Both the position numbers and the translations under genes were made by a program. Positions 37,045 through 47,753 of a stretch of DNA of 64,000 bases are shown one piece after another (within the stretch, counting starts at the first letter, position 1; each line of letters opens with the position of its first letter). Source of the DNA: a bacterium (GTDB lineage: Bacteria; Patescibacteriota; Minisyncoccia; Phycocordibacterales; UBA2100); contig RFQR01000002.1 in assembly GCA_009924895.1 (NCBI GenBank), positions 1,368-65,367 on the forward strand. Direction: 5' to 3'. The notes beneath the pieces were generated by a model that was not told where the DNA came from, did no database searches, and saw nothing but the letters and a program-made list of their open reading frames with translations.

Positions 37045-37674
37045 ATGGTCACTGATTCTGAAGCACTCCAGATTTTAGAAGACGCAGGCGCGTTTCGCGC
37101 CGGACACTTTGTCTATACATCAGGACGACATGGAGATAAATATGTCAATAAAGATGCGCTCTATGTGACGACTCGTGAAGTGTCGCGCCTCTGCGAAGCG
37201 ATGGCGGCACGAGCGCTCGAGCACGCGCCGGAAGCGGTTATTGGCCCTGCGGTTGGTGCCGCTATTTTAGCACAGTGGACCGCGCACCACCTCTCTCTTA
37301 TGACAGGGGAAGATATTGCTGCTGTCTATGCCGACAAAGATGGACAAGGTGGATTTGTTATAAAGCGCGGCTACGACAAAGTAATTAAAGGTAAAAAGGT
37401 ACTTGTGGTGGAAGATTTAGTGACAACGGGAGGATCAATTAAAAAAGTCATCGACTGTGTAAAGAATGTTGAGGCCACTATCGTTGGAGCAATTGCAATT
37501 TGTAATCGCGGTGGTGTCACCAAGAAAGATATTTCAAACCCACCCCTTTTCGAGGCGCTGGTAAATGTGCACTTAAGCTCATGGGAAGAAAAAGAGTGCG
37601 AGCTCTGTAAACGTGGCATCCCTGTATCGGTTGACGTGGGTCACGGGAAAGATTTTACCGCAAAAAAGAAATAG
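37045..37674 (+). CDS. pyrE: orotate phosphoribosyltransferase
   Basis: PRPP-binding motif VLVVEDLVTTGGS. Directly downstream of pyrF. Confidence 0.85.
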   Translation: MVTDSEALQILEDAGAFRAGHFVYTSGRHGDKYVNKDALYVTTREVSRLCEAMAARALEHAPEAVIGPAVGAAILAQWTAHHLSLMTGEDIAAVYADKDGQGGFVIKRGYDKVIKGKKVLVVEDLVTTGGSIKKVIDCVKNVEATIVGAIAICNRGGVTKKDISNPPLFEALVNVHLSSWEEKECELCKRGIPVSVDVGHGKDFTAKKK

Positions 37675-38613
37675 CTAGTTTCCCTCAGCTTTAATCCACA
37701 GATAGATATCTTCAAGCGCTTTTACCGCATCGCCTGCAGCAATGTTGTTTTGGTGGTAGAGCCCATCGATGCAGTCGCCGGCAGCCCAAATACCAACGTG
37801 CGAAGTGCGCATAGAGCGGTGATCCGAGATTTTGATGCGACCAAACTGGTCGCGTTCTACGACGTTTTTAACCAAATCGGTTGCCGGAATTATACCAATC
37901 TCAACAAAAATACCAGAGCAGGGAATCGTGGTGCGCTCACCACTTTTTGTATGTTCAACCACCACTGACTCAACAAATACCGAGCCGGTCACTTCAACCG
38001 GAACGACATTCGTGAGTATTGTTGCATTCGGGTGTGCTCGGACTGCATCGACGGTTTTTGGGTCTGCTTTTGAAATATCGGCACTACGAGAGAGGAGGGT
38101 GACTGATTTTGCATAGGCAAGAAGCTGTGCTGCGGTCTCAAAACCAGCATTGCCTGCACCCACAACTACGGTATCAGTTCCGGCAAAAAGAGGCCCATCG
38201 CATGAGGCGCAGTAGACAACGCCCTTGTTTTCAAATTGCTCCGCCCCGGGTACGGTTAGTTTACGCCGCGCGCCACCTGTTGTGATGAGGACCGCTTTTG
38301 CGATCACTGACTCTGTGCCAACAGTGATATTGAACGAGTCGTCGATTTTTTCTACTAACTGCGCACGCACGCCTGTCTTTAACGTAACGTATGGATCCGC
38401 GTATTCGCGTACATGCTTTTCAAGTGATTTTGCAAGATCAGCTCCTGATATATGCGGGGTACCAATCCAATTTTGAATATCAGGTGATTCGATACTTTGT
38501 CCGTCGAAACTCTCGGTAATGAATATAGTTTTGAGTTGTTTGCGCGCGGCATAGACTGCTGCCGAGCAGCCTGCAGGCCCACCTCCAATAATTGCAAGAT
38601 CAAAATTTACCAT
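37675..38613 (-). CDS. trxB: thioredoxin-disulfide reductase
   Basis: FAD GxGxxG (IIGGGPAGCSAA), redox-active CASCDG, NADPH site VVGAGNAG. Confidence 0.85.
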   Translation of the reverse strand: MVNFDLAIIGGGPAGCSAAVYAARKQLKTIFITESFDGQSIESPDIQNWIGTPHISGADLAKSLEKHVREYADPYVTLKTGVRAQLVEKIDDSFNITVGTESVIAKAVLITTGGARRKLTVPGAEQFENKGVVYCASCDGPLFAGTDTVVVGAGNAGFETAAQLLAYAKSVTLLSRSADISKADPKTVDAVRAHPNATILTNVVPVEVTGSVFVESVVVEHTKSGERTTIPCSGIFVEIGIIPATDLVKNVVERDQFGRIKISDHRSMRTSHVGIWAAGDCIDGLYHQNNIAAGDAVKALEDIYLWIKAEGN

Positions 38614-38622
38614 GAAAGATAC

Positions 38623-39840
38623 CTATTTTCTCCGTAAGAATGAAGGGAGGCCACCCCACGGGTCTTCTTCGTCTATCTCGGGCGCTGCTGTTTTATCACT
38701 TTTTATGACATCTTTGAGCGGTTCTTTTGCTTTTTCTTTTTCAAGAATTGATGCCGGAGTTGCTTGTTTTTTTGCAATCTCTTCTCGCTCAGCTGCCTTT
38801 GCCGGTGGAACTTCAACTTCTTTGCGGGGAGGGAGTTTGTTAGGGACGAAAAGCGGCATGCCTTTCACTTGTGGAATGTTGCCCTCAGGGAAGCCTGTTG
38901 CGATAACGGTGACACGCACCTGGCTTTTCTTGAGTGAGTCGTCAGTAACAGCACCGAAGATGACTTTTGCCTCTGGGTCAATTGCTTCAGTAATAACAGC
39001 TGCTGCGTCTTGGATTTCAAGCATGCCAAGATCGTCGCTGCCAGCGACTGAGAAGAGCACACCTTTTGCTCCCGTGATTGAGACGTCGAGAAGCGGCGAT
39101 GAAATTGCTGCTTTTGCCGCTTCGGTTGCGCGTCGCTCGCCGATTGCTTCGCCGATACCCATAAGTGCCGAGCCCGCATTTTGCATGACTGAGCGCACAT
39201 CAGCAAAGTCGACGTTAATGATGCCGGTCGTGGTGATGAGATCGGAAATACCCTCGACTGCTTGTTTCAAAATGTCATCACACATACCGAATGCATTCTT
39301 GATTCCGGTATCGCGTGAGACGACTGAGAGCAGCTTGTCGTTCGGAACAATAATAATGGCATCGACTGCTTTGCGCAGTTCCGAAAGGCCTTGGTCTGCA
39401 AGACGCGAGCGCACCTGGCCCTCAAATCCAAACGGCTTTGTTACTACGCCGACAGTGAGTGCGCCCAGGTCGCGCGCGATTTTCGCAACAACGGGCGCAG
39501 CGCCAGTCCCGGTGCCACCGCCCATGCCGCAGGTGATAAATACCATATCAGAACCACGAAGAGCTTCTTGGATTTCTTCACGCGTCTCTTCTGCCGATTG
39601 CTTGCCAAGTTCCGGGTTCATGCCGGTCCCCAAACCGCGCGTTAGCGTTTTTCCAATATGAATCTTTTTGCTCGCTTTTGATTTATGCAAATCTTGCGCA
39701 TCGGTGTTTATTGCGATGAAGTCAACGCCCTCGACATTGGATGAAACCATGTGGTTCACGGCGTTCCCGCCTGAGCCGCCAACGCCCACGACGCGGATTC
39801 GCGCGAACGACTCTACATCTGATTTTACCTGTTTACTCAT
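38623..39840 (-). CDS. ftsZ: cell division protein FtsZ
   Basis: Tubulin signature GGGTGTGAAPVVA. T7 loop. Confidence 0.9.
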   Translation of the reverse strand: MSKQVKSDVESFARIRVVGVGGSGGNAVNHMVSSNVEGVDFIAINTDAQDLHKSKASKKIHIGKTLTRGLGTGMNPELGKQSAEETREEIQEALRGSDMVFITCGMGGGTGTGAAPVVAKIARDLGALTVGVVTKPFGFEGQVRSRLADQGLSELRKAVDAIIIVPNDKLLSVVSRDTGIKNAFGMCDDILKQAVEGISDLITTTGIINVDFADVRSVMQNAGSALMGIGEAIGERRATEAAKAAISSPLLDVSITGAKGVLFSVAGSDDLGMLEIQDAAAVITEAIDPEAKVIFGAVTDDSLKKSQVRVTVIATGFPEGNIPQVKGMPLFVPNKLPPRKEVEVPPAKAAEREEIAKKQATPASILEKEKAKEPLKDVIKSDKTAAPEIDEEDPWGGLPSFLRRK

Positions 39841-39925
39841 AGAATGTGCAGTGAAGAAATAGTACCGACATAGTATCAGATTTTAGAAGTGCACATTATT
39901 GACACAATGCGCTGAGCGTTACTTT

Positions 39926-41101
39926 CTATGGGAGCAACGAAGCGCCGAATTGCTTTATTGCAGCCCAGGCATCGCGAAACACATCGCGAAATGAGGTTAC
40001 TTCTTTCTGGATATCTTCATAAAATGCCCAGCGACAGAGTCCGTATGCTACTGCCCATGACGCATCGGTGGGACCGGCGGTGCGCAGTGAAAGGTTGAGG
40101 CCCACCTGGGATGGTATTTTGAGTACGGCACGGGCAATGTCAACACCACTCATCACACTTGAACCGCCACCCGTTAAGACAATACCTGCGGGAAGGAGTT
40201 GGTGTCTACCGATGGTTTTTAGGTGTGCTGCTATCAGCGTAAACATATCTTTTACTCGGCTGTGAACGACGTGCTGCATTTTTTTGGAAGGAATATCACT
40301 TCCGAGGATGGTGCCGCGTTTCATCTGTTCAGCATCGGAGAGAGGAATTTGAAATGAGAGTGCAAGGCTGTGCGTGATCTCGTTTGAACCAATAGGAAAA
40401 ATTTTTACCGAAATCGGAACATCGTTGTCAAAAACGATGATTGAAAGCGTCTCAGAGCCGATATTTGCAAGCGCGACTCCTGCGGAGCGCTGCGCTTTAG
40501 TCAGCGTCGTAAGGCTTGCCGCAATTGGTGATGCGACAATATGCTCAACTTCAATCCCTGTTGCCTCGACCGCCGCCATTAGATCATCGTGGTGCTTCTC
40601 AAGCATGGTAACAAGAAGCGTATCGACCGAGAGTTTGGCACCTTGTAAGCCCTCGGGCGTGCCCAGTACTTTGTTGCCGTCGACTCGGTATTCGAGGGGG
40701 AGCGTGTGAACGATGGTACGGTTGATAAGGCGCGGCGCAGAGCGCTTTTCGCTCTCACGCAAAACACGTTCAATGTCGCGTTCGGTTACAACACCCCCCG
40801 AAGGAGTAAGCGTGACCTCGCCCGTTGCGCGCAATTCGTCGAGTCCGACTCCGCCGATTGCAACGCTTGCACTGTGTACTTTTACTTTTGCATTTCCTTG
40901 CGCACGTTCCAGCGCCTCTTTGATGCATTTTGTGGCTTCAGTGCTATCGACAATGTACCCATGTCGCAGTCCGCGCGAAACGGCAGTGCCGGTGCCGATA
41001 ACATGCAGTGGTCCGTCAGCGGATTCGGGCGCAGCTGCAATCGCCACTTTAACGTGGTAGGTACCAATATCGATTCCCGTATAGACACGGCGGAGCATCA
41101 T
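39926..41101 (-). CDS. ftsA: cell division protein FtsA
   Basis: Actin-like ATPase fold. N-terminal YTGIDIGTYHVKVAIA. Immediately upstream of ftsZ. Confidence 0.85.
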   Translation of the reverse strand: MMLRRVYTGIDIGTYHVKVAIAAAPESADGPLHVIGTGTAVSRGLRHGYIVDSTEATKCIKEALERAQGNAKVKVHSASVAIGGVGLDELRATGEVTLTPSGGVVTERDIERVLRESEKRSAPRLINRTIVHTLPLEYRVDGNKVLGTPEGLQGAKLSVDTLLVTMLEKHHDDLMAAVEATGIEVEHIVASPIAASLTTLTKAQRSAGVALANIGSETLSIIVFDNDVPISVKIFPIGSNEITHSLALSFQIPLSDAEQMKRGTILGSDIPSKKMQHVVHSRVKDMFTLIAAHLKTIGRHQLLPAGIVLTGGGSSVMSGVDIARAVLKIPSQVGLNLSLRTAGPTDASWAVAYGLCRWAFYEDIQKEVTSFRDVFRDAWAAIKQFGASLLP

Positions 41102-41155
41102 CTCATTGTACTGTTCTTTTGAAAAAAAGACTGCCCGTACTCTGGGGATAGGGGC

Positions 41156-41587
41156 TTACCGAAAGTGTGCGCGAGTTGCAGCTTCAAGCCGATCCATAGC
41201 ACCGCCATGGTCATACCCTTTCAAGTGGTAGCAGCCGTGAACAAAAAGGAGAATAAGGCGCTCTTTCAGGGTTGTTTTGTATCTGCGCGCCTCACGCTCT
41301 GCCTTGCGGATGTTCAGAATGATTTCGCCGTTGTGGGCGTCGAGTTCAAATGAGAGAACGTTCGGAGAGTAGGTCTTTTTACGAGTCTCAGTGTTTATGC
41401 GACGCGCGAGAGTGTCGCCACAGATAACAAGAGAGAGCGAGTATGAAGTACCCAGGACTGATCGTGCGATACGCTCAAATGGAATCGGGGGAATAGGGCT
41501 ACGGACGGTTGAGTGTAGCTCAACCGTCCGTAGTGTGTCTTTTTTAGTATGAGACTCGTTCCCTGAAGTTTTCTGAGAATGTGCCAT
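41156..41587 (-). CDS. ybeY: rRNA maturation endoribonuclease YbeY
   Basis: HGCYHLKGYDH zinc-binding motif (H-x-x-x-H-x-x-G-Y-D-H). Confidence 0.8.
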   Translation of the reverse strand: MAHSQKTSGNESHTKKDTLRTVELHSTVRSPIPPIPFERIARSVLGTSYSLSLVICGDTLARRINTETRKKTYSPNVLSFELDAHNGEIILNIRKAEREARRYKTTLKERLILLFVHGCYHLKGYDHGGAMDRLEAATRAHFR

Positions 41588-41696
41588 GGTGGGACTCGTC
41601 CGCCTAAACTTTTCAGCGATACAAATGGGTTTACGACTCTCTATTAGGACGCTTACATTCTGTGACTAACGCTCGTTATCAAAAAGTTGTGGCGGA

Positions 41697-42017
41697 CTAG
41701 CGCGCAACAGGAGTTGCATCGCCAAGACCGGTTTTAGAGGGTACTGAGTCGCGAACGGTATTTGGCTTCTCTTCGCGGGTAAACTTACGTGCGGTTTCAA
41801 CGACCTTGCCCTCCTTGAGCAATTTAAAGTAGTTTGCGGTGTATTTGATACGCTTGAGAGCTTTTTTCTTCGTCACTGCTTTTGAAAGCGAGCGCGAGTG
41901 GTAGCGGATGGTGCGTGAGTTTTTAACAATACCAGTACCCTGCACGCGGCGGGTGAATTTGCGCAGCAAAGAAAGCATATTCTCGCCTGGATTTTTTGTG
42001 ACTTCTACATTGACCAT
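41697..42017 (-). CDS. rpsU: 30S ribosomal protein bS21
   Basis: Basic ~100-aa protein with an S21-like pattern (MVNVEVTKNPGENMLSLLRKFTRRVQG...). Start taken at the internal Met. Confidence 0.65.
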   Translation of the reverse strand: MVNVEVTKNPGENMLSLLRKFTRRVQGTGIVKNSRTIRYHSRSLSKAVTKKKALKRIKYTANYFKLLKEGKVVETARKFTREEKPNTVRDSVPSKTGLGDATPVAR

Positions 42018-42059
42018 GTCGGCACACTCTACCACAAAAGAGCGCAGTAATGCAAGGAG

Positions 42060-43238
42060 TTATGCAGTGACACCGATCCGATGCCTCCTGAGATACGAAA
42101 CCAGGTCTTCTATTGGAACTGCTTCTTGAGAATTGGTAAATGTTTCGCGTACGAGAATAGTACCTTCCATGGCTTCTTTGTGGCCCAAAATGAGCATAAA
42201 GGGTGTGGCGAGCTCTTTTGCTTTGTGCATCTGGTCACCCATACGCTCGTACATCAGGGACTGATGTACGGGAATAGATTCGCGGCGCAGGAGTTCGAGG
42301 ACTTTGAGGGCACGGCGGCGCGATTCGGTCCCGAGGTGTGCAAAGAAAATCGAGGCGTTCGGTTTTTGTTCTGAACGAGCTTTCGTCTTACCGTGGATCT
42401 CACAGGAAATTGAGGCAATTGCGGAAGGAACCGGTGATCCGGTAACGCGCGCAGTCAAGGGGTCGTACCGTCCACCAAAGACTATTGGAATCGTTGCGCC
42501 AGTTTCTTGATCCTTTGTGGAGAGCTCAAAGAGGGTGTGAGACCAGCATTCTCGACTGCCTAAGAGGCGCGGATTGAGTTCGTAGGGCATCGACATTGCT
42601 TCGAGGTACTCAATGATGTCCCAAAAGCGGCGGCGCTCTTCTTCAATCAGATACTCGACGCTCTGCGGCGCGCGAGCAAGGCCTGGGTGTTCGCGCTCAA
42701 TGAGTTGCACGAGGGTGCCGAGCGGGTCTTGCGCCGCTCGAGGACGCAGTGCCGGCGCGATGCTCTCGACATGTTTACGCAAAAAAGTGCCAACATCGCG
42801 TACAAAACGGTTTGATGATTCGTGCGTACCAATTGAATTAAGTGTGAGCGTTCGTTTCTCCACGCCTGCTTCTGCCGCGATTGCATCTGAGACAACAATA
42901 AGGAGCGCCTCGGCGATAGGAAGTGGCGTGCCAATCACGTGCAGTTCGAGGGTGACATTGTCAGGGCGTTCGCCGCCGCGCGGGGTCGCCATGCGCCATA
43001 CCATAAGTGCACGTTGGCTGCTTTTGAGATTTGCGCAGTGTTTTGCAGATGCCGCGAGTGTACGCTCGTCCCGGCGTGCAAAATTGATGTCGCCGTGGGA
43101 AATTCTTTTCTCGTCACGATTTTTTTCACGGGGTGGAACAGTGTCTGCGGGTACGAAACCATAGTACTCTGCGACTGAAATTGCTGATGAAAGAAACCCG
43201 GCAGTATTTTCATGTTTGGTGTCGCGGATTCGGATCAT
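42060..43238 (-). CDS. hisS: histidine--tRNA ligase (class II; HisZ-like paralog not excluded)
   Basis: Class II motif 3 GGRYDPL. C-terminal anticodon-binding domain (ILGHKEAMEGTILVRE...). N-terminal region diverged. Confidence 0.65.
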   Translation of the reverse strand: MIRIRDTKHENTAGFLSSAISVAEYYGFVPADTVPPREKNRDEKRISHGDINFARRDERTLAASAKHCANLKSSQRALMVWRMATPRGGERPDNVTLELHVIGTPLPIAEALLIVVSDAIAAEAGVEKRTLTLNSIGTHESSNRFVRDVGTFLRKHVESIAPALRPRAAQDPLGTLVQLIEREHPGLARAPQSVEYLIEEERRRFWDIIEYLEAMSMPYELNPRLLGSRECWSHTLFELSTKDQETGATIPIVFGGRYDPLTARVTGSPVPSAIASISCEIHGKTKARSEQKPNASIFFAHLGTESRRRALKVLELLRRESIPVHQSLMYERMGDQMHKAKELATPFMLILGHKEAMEGTILVRETFTNSQEAVPIEDLVSYLRRHRIGVTA

Positions 43239-43371
43239 AAGAGTGGAAAGTTTGTGTAAGGTTTACCCGCCTAAATTTTTAAAAAAGAAGTATACGCACA
43301 CTAGTGTGTAATTCGGTATGGTCTGACTGATTAGTTAATAACATGTAAAATTTTGGCGGATTTAGTGTTTC

Positions 43372-43956
43372 CTAATAACGCGCTTCACCGGGTAAAAAAT
43401 CGATCAAGGTGAGAGGGTAGAGTCGCACCAACACCTTTCCTACGATGTCAGCACGAGGAAGGACGCCCCAAGTGCGCGAATCAGACGATACATGACGATT
43501 GTCTCCGAGCACAAAATACTCGCCATTTCGCAGCTGGATCTCTTGGTCAGTCGGTCCACCGTAATTATTCGCGTCAAGATAGGGCTCAGAAAGTGTTTTT
43601 GGCTCAGAACCGGGGGTCGTGACAGTTACTTTGTTGTCTCTGACAGTGATTGTGTCTCCCGGAAGGCCAACCAAGCGCTTGATGAGTGCTCTGCTTTCGT
43701 TTTGTGGGAGATCAAGCACGATAACATCGCCACGAGTGGGCTCGCTGAAGCGGTATGAGACCTTGTCGATAAGTAAATAATGATAGTTATCAAAGGTCGG
43801 TTCCATAGAAGCTCCGACGACGATGTAGGGAGCGATAATAAAGGTGCGCACAATGAGTGCGATTGCTCCGGCAAGAAAAAGATATGCGAGAAAGCTACCC
43901 CAACTTTCGGAGGATTGATCCGATGAAGACGAAACTTCAAACATCGAATCTGACAT
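43372..43956 (-). CDS. lepB: signal peptidase I
   Basis: N-terminal TM. Catalytic Ser box GASMEPTF and Lys box (GDNRHVSSDSR). Confidence 0.85.
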   Translation of the reverse strand: MSDSMFEVSSSSDQSSESWGSFLAYLFLAGAIALIVRTFIIAPYIVVGASMEPTFDNYHYLLIDKVSYRFSEPTRGDVIVLDLPQNESRALIKRLVGLPGDTITVRDNKVTVTTPGSEPKTLSEPYLDANNYGGPTDQEIQLRNGEYFVLGDNRHVSSDSRTWGVLPRADIVGKVLVRLYPLTLIDFLPGEARY

Positions 43957-44082
43957 GTGCGAAAGTATATCGAATGTACTTCATTGACACAAAGAGCAAA
44001 CGTGTGTTGTACAACGAAAAAAATATTTTTTTCTGATTTTTAAAAAAATTTTTACAAAAAAAGTGAGCGTGCAGATTTTTTT

Positions 44083-44688
44083 ATGCGTGCTAGCATGAAA
44101 TTCATGAATTACGTCATTGTCGGTCTCGGAAATCCTGGAAATGAGTACGAACACACGCGCCATAATGCGGGGAGAGAGGCGGTTGAGTACTTTGCAAAGA
44201 AAAATGACGCATCAGAATGGAAAGAAGATGCAAAAAGCGAAGCAACGGTCGCAAAAGTAGGGAAAACTGTTCTTGTTTTGCCTGATACGTTCATGAATAA
44301 GTCGGGAAGTGCGGTGGTAAAGCATGTAAAGAGTGTAAAAGCAGCGGAAAATCTCGTCGTAGTGTATGACGATCTTGATTTGCCGCTCGGAAAGGTGAAA
44401 ATCTCGTTTAATCGCGGTAGCGGCGGACACAAAGGAATCGAGTCCATTACTCGCGCCGTGAAAACGCAGAAATTTGTCCGCATTCGGATCGGTGTTTCTC
44501 CTGCAACCTCAAGCGGTAAGCTCAAAAAACCGGATAGAGAGGAGAAAGTGATAGATTTTATTCTCGGGAAATTCAAGCCGGCAGAACAAGATGCGCTCAA
44601 AAAGGTCTATAAGGTCGTTGCGGGGGCAATTCGGGAGATTATCGAAGAGGGGAGACTCGTGGCGATGAATCATTACAATAGTGTTTGA
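44083..44688 (+). CDS. pth: peptidyl-tRNA hydrolase
   Basis: VIVGLGNPGNEYEHTRHNAG N-terminal signature. The true start could also be 44095. Confidence 0.85.
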   Translation: MRASMKFMNYVIVGLGNPGNEYEHTRHNAGREAVEYFAKKNDASEWKEDAKSEATVAKVGKTVLVLPDTFMNKSGSAVVKHVKSVKAAENLVVVYDDLDLPLGKVKISFNRGSGGHKGIESITRAVKTQKFVRIRIGVSPATSSGKLKKPDREEKVIDFILGKFKPAEQDALKKVYKVVAGAIREIIEEGRLVAMNHYNSV

Positions 44689-44751
44689 TTGACTTTTTCT
44701 GTCGCTTGTATTAGGGTGCACGAAGACTTAACCACAGAAGCGAGGTGACCA

Positions 44752-45282
44752 ATGCTGACACTGAACAAACATCCTTCACCCTCGTGGGGCTTATTTCTTG
44801 ATAACGGCACTATCCCAAACTCGCGGCACCCTGTTCTCGTGTATAAAAACGCATTCGACTTCACTGATCGCTCAAGTGTATATCGAGAAGTTGAGGTGCA
44901 TGTTTCTGCACACGGGTGGCGTCTCGAGTGGGAGTGGAGGATTTACCGATATACACACTGGCACAGTACCGCTCACGAAGCGCTTGCGTGTATCGAAGGA
45001 GATGCTGTTGTCGAAGTGGGTGGTCCTCAATATGGAGAAGAATACAATGTGATTCCCGGGACGATCATGGTTATTCCTGCTGGTGTTGCCCATCGAAATA
45101 AACGATACTCTTCGGACTTTAAAGTTCTGGGAATGTATCCGGAAGAACAGAAATGGAATTTGATAAAAGGAGCACGTACCTTTTCTCCAATTGGTCGCCG
45201 GCAGAGTCGAAAAGTGCCGGTACCGCGTGCTGATCCGTTCTTTGGTCCTAAAGGCCCACTTACGAAGTTGTGGCATGAATGA
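44752..45282 (+). CDS. cupin domain protein
   Basis: Two-His cupin motifs (HTGGVS / HW.STAHEALACIEG...PAGVAHRN). Confidence 0.55.
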   Translation: MLTLNKHPSPSWGLFLDNGTIPNSRHPVLVYKNAFDFTDRSSVYREVEVHVSAHGWRLEWEWRIYRYTHWHSTAHEALACIEGDAVVEVGGPQYGEEYNVIPGTIMVIPAGVAHRNKRYSSDFKVLGMYPEEQKWNLIKGARTFSPIGRRQSRKVPVPRADPFFGPKGPLTKLWHE

Positions 45283-45336
45283 AAAGCGGGCGGGTGCAAT
45301 AGCGCCCGCCCGCTTCTCTTTTTTCTGAATGAAACC

Positions 45337-46431
45337 TTAGCTCATCGGTTTCAATGTCATACGACGCTCTTTTGGTTCGAAGAAGGTAATCGTGAATGGA
45401 TATACTTTTCCGAGCTCGAGCTTTGCGCGCAAATCTTGCTCGTTTGCGAATTCTGACACATGTACCAAGCCTGCAACACCTTCTTCGATAGAAGCGAGCG
45501 CGCCGTGCTTGTTATGTTTGATGACAATAGCTTCGACTTTCTGATCTTTTGTGTACTTCGAAGCAGCAACTTTCCACGGATCATCCTTAAGTGCTTTGAT
45601 TGAGAGTGAGACCTTGCCATCTTTTACTTCGATGACCTTCACCTTCACTTTTTCGCCCACCTTGTAACGGGTACGAGGATTCTCGACGAGCGCCCAGTCC
45701 ATTTCTGAAATATGCACCAAACCTTCGAGACCTTCTTCGATTTTCACAAAGACACCGAAATCGGTTGCGCCGGTTACAACGCCTTCCATGGTTTCGCCCA
45801 CGGTATATTTCTCGACAAGTGTTGAGCGCTCCGAAGTACCAGCACCCTTCTCGCTAAAGATAAGTTTTTGTTCTTTTGGAGAAGCGGTGATAACCTGAAC
45901 TTCGAGTTTCTGACCAATCAATTTCTTGAGCTCGACAAAAATCTTATCCTTGTCGCCATCGGGCACGCGTGGATAGTGCGCTGAGCCGAGCTGTGATGCA
46001 GGGAGAAATCCTTGGATGCCGTTCCAGGTAATGATAAGGCCTCCTTTGTTCGCATCCGCGATAGGAAGTTCAAATACTTTCTTTTCTTCGACTGCTTTCT
46101 CTGCTTCACTCCACATGAGCGCTTGGCGCGCTTCGCGCAGCGAAAGTTCGATGTAACCGTCTTCGTTTTCTGCATGAACGACCTTTGCGGCAACGGTGTC
46201 GCCCACATGCACATTCTTCAAGGTCTCACGTGCTGATAAGTATTCACGACCAAAAATAAGACCGGTACCAAACGGATGCAGATCTACAAAAATACGAGCG
46301 CGACCAACAGCGACGACCGGTCCTTCGACTACGTCGCCCACCGCGGGACGCTTCGGTGCGTTTGCAAGGAGCTCGTGCACCGGTGCTTCGACTGCTTCAA
46401 CCTCAGAAACTACTTCTTTTTCTTTTGTCAT
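45337..46431 (-). CDS. rpsA: 30S ribosomal protein S1 (four S1 domains)
   Basis: Repeated S1 OB-fold signatures (GDVVEGPVVAV, G.KLEVQVI, GETMEGVVTGATDFGVFVKI, G.KVKVKVIEVKDGKVSLSIK). Confidence 0.85.
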   Translation of the reverse strand: MTKEKEVVSEVEAVEAPVHELLANAPKRPAVGDVVEGPVVAVGRARIFVDLHPFGTGLIFGREYLSARETLKNVHVGDTVAAKVVHAENEDGYIELSLREARQALMWSEAEKAVEEKKVFELPIADANKGGLIITWNGIQGFLPASQLGSAHYPRVPDGDKDKIFVELKKLIGQKLEVQVITASPKEQKLIFSEKGAGTSERSTLVEKYTVGETMEGVVTGATDFGVFVKIEEGLEGLVHISEMDWALVENPRTRYKVGEKVKVKVIEVKDGKVSLSIKALKDDPWKVAASKYTKDQKVEAIVIKHNKHGALASIEEGVAGLVHVSEFANEQDLRAKLELGKVYPFTITFFEPKERRMTLKPMS

Positions 46432-46831
46432 GTTTGAGTGCGGACTTTGAGTGGAGGTTTCATGCGAGCTATGCTCGCCGACCTCTATTCATACCTCAAA
46501 GTGTTTACCCGCTAAAGTAATAATAAAAGCTCCGTGAGGAGCTAGAGAAATATACCGAAAGAATGCCGAGAATGCAAGAAAAAGTGAGGGCCCGCTCGCA
46601 TAGCGGACCCTCGGCACTTACTGCGGTGGACTTGCCATCTCTGGCCCTCCTGTCCGAGCGTGCTGTCATTTTTTGATGAGCTTTCTCAGCTCAAGGCGTT
46701 TCTACCTCCTCAAGGTAGTGCATTAAACGCTTCCTTCCGGTTGCGGTGATGCTGCCAACTCCCAGGGGGAGTGCGTGAAGTTGTGTCATCTTCACTTTTG
46801 CGCGTCAAGCCGTATGCGGTATACTCTCACC

Positions 46832-47452
46832 ATGATTCTTACCTACCACACTGGTTCTTGTATCAAAGCCACTTCAGGCGACACATCCATTGTCTTCGGC
46901 CCTGTTTCAAAAGAGTCTAAAGCATTTAAGCCGACTAATTTTGGCGTTGACGTTGCACTCATCTCGGTGAATCACGCTGATATGAATGGTGCAGCAGAAG
47001 CAGCGCGTGGTGAGAAGCAGCCGTTTGTCATTTCCGGTCCCGGAGAATACGAACTTAAAGATATTACGGTGAGTGGTTTTGGCTCAACTTCTGGGTGGGG
47101 TAAGGAAGAACGCATCAATACCGTGTATTCAATCACCTTTGACGGACTCCATGTGCTCTACTGTGGCGCCTTGAATACGACTGATTTACCTGAAGAACTT
47201 GTTGAGATGGATGCGCCCGACGTACTTATTGTGCCGATTGGCGGAGAAGGGATGCTTGATCCGGCGGGGGCACAAAAACTCTCGGTGAAACTTGAGGCAA
47301 AAATCGTGATCCCCGTTCTCTTTGATGCTGCATCACTCAAGACTTTTTTGAAGGAGGCTGGCGCAGAAGGAACGAAGGCGGTTGATAAGCTTACTCTTAA
47401 AGTAAAAGATATTGTTGATAAGCAAAACGAAGTTGTTGTATTGGAGGCGTGA
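46832..47452 (+). CDS. MBL-fold metallo-hydrolase (UPF0173-like)
   Basis: MILTYHTGSCIKATSGDTSIVFGP...NHADMNG pattern. Start at the internal Met. Confidence 0.55.
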   Translation: MILTYHTGSCIKATSGDTSIVFGPVSKESKAFKPTNFGVDVALISVNHADMNGAAEAARGEKQPFVISGPGEYELKDITVSGFGSTSGWGKEERINTVYSITFDGLHVLYCGALNTTDLPEELVEMDAPDVLIVPIGGEGMLDPAGAQKLSVKLEAKIVIPVLFDAASLKTFLKEAGAEGTKAVDKLTLKVKDIVDKQNEVVVLEA

Positions 47453-47753
47453 TGCCCAGAAAAAATACGCTACAATAGCGGCATGGTTGTTCGTCGCGCT
47501 GTTGAACATTTGCGAACAAGACCGCATCACGAGCGTCACGCGGTTGCGCTCACTATCTCTGTTGCGATTATGGCAGTACTCTTTTTTGCTTGGGGATATT
47601 TCTTTTTCGCTCGGCTGCAAGAGCAAGAGACGGTACCGGTTGAGGCGCAGCCGGCAGCAGCGGCTGCGCCTTTCGTCAACCAAATCTAGCATATGGCATT
47701 TACGAGGGTGCTGTGGTGGCGCTCTCGTATTTTTTTGATACACTACTTCCACC

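Noticed and set aside
46728-46740. ccggaaggaagc string suggestive of the SRP (4.5S) RNA domain IV
   Set aside because: The flanking sequence cannot form the conserved symmetric-loop/GNRA helix of SRP RNA. A 12-nt match is not sufficient.
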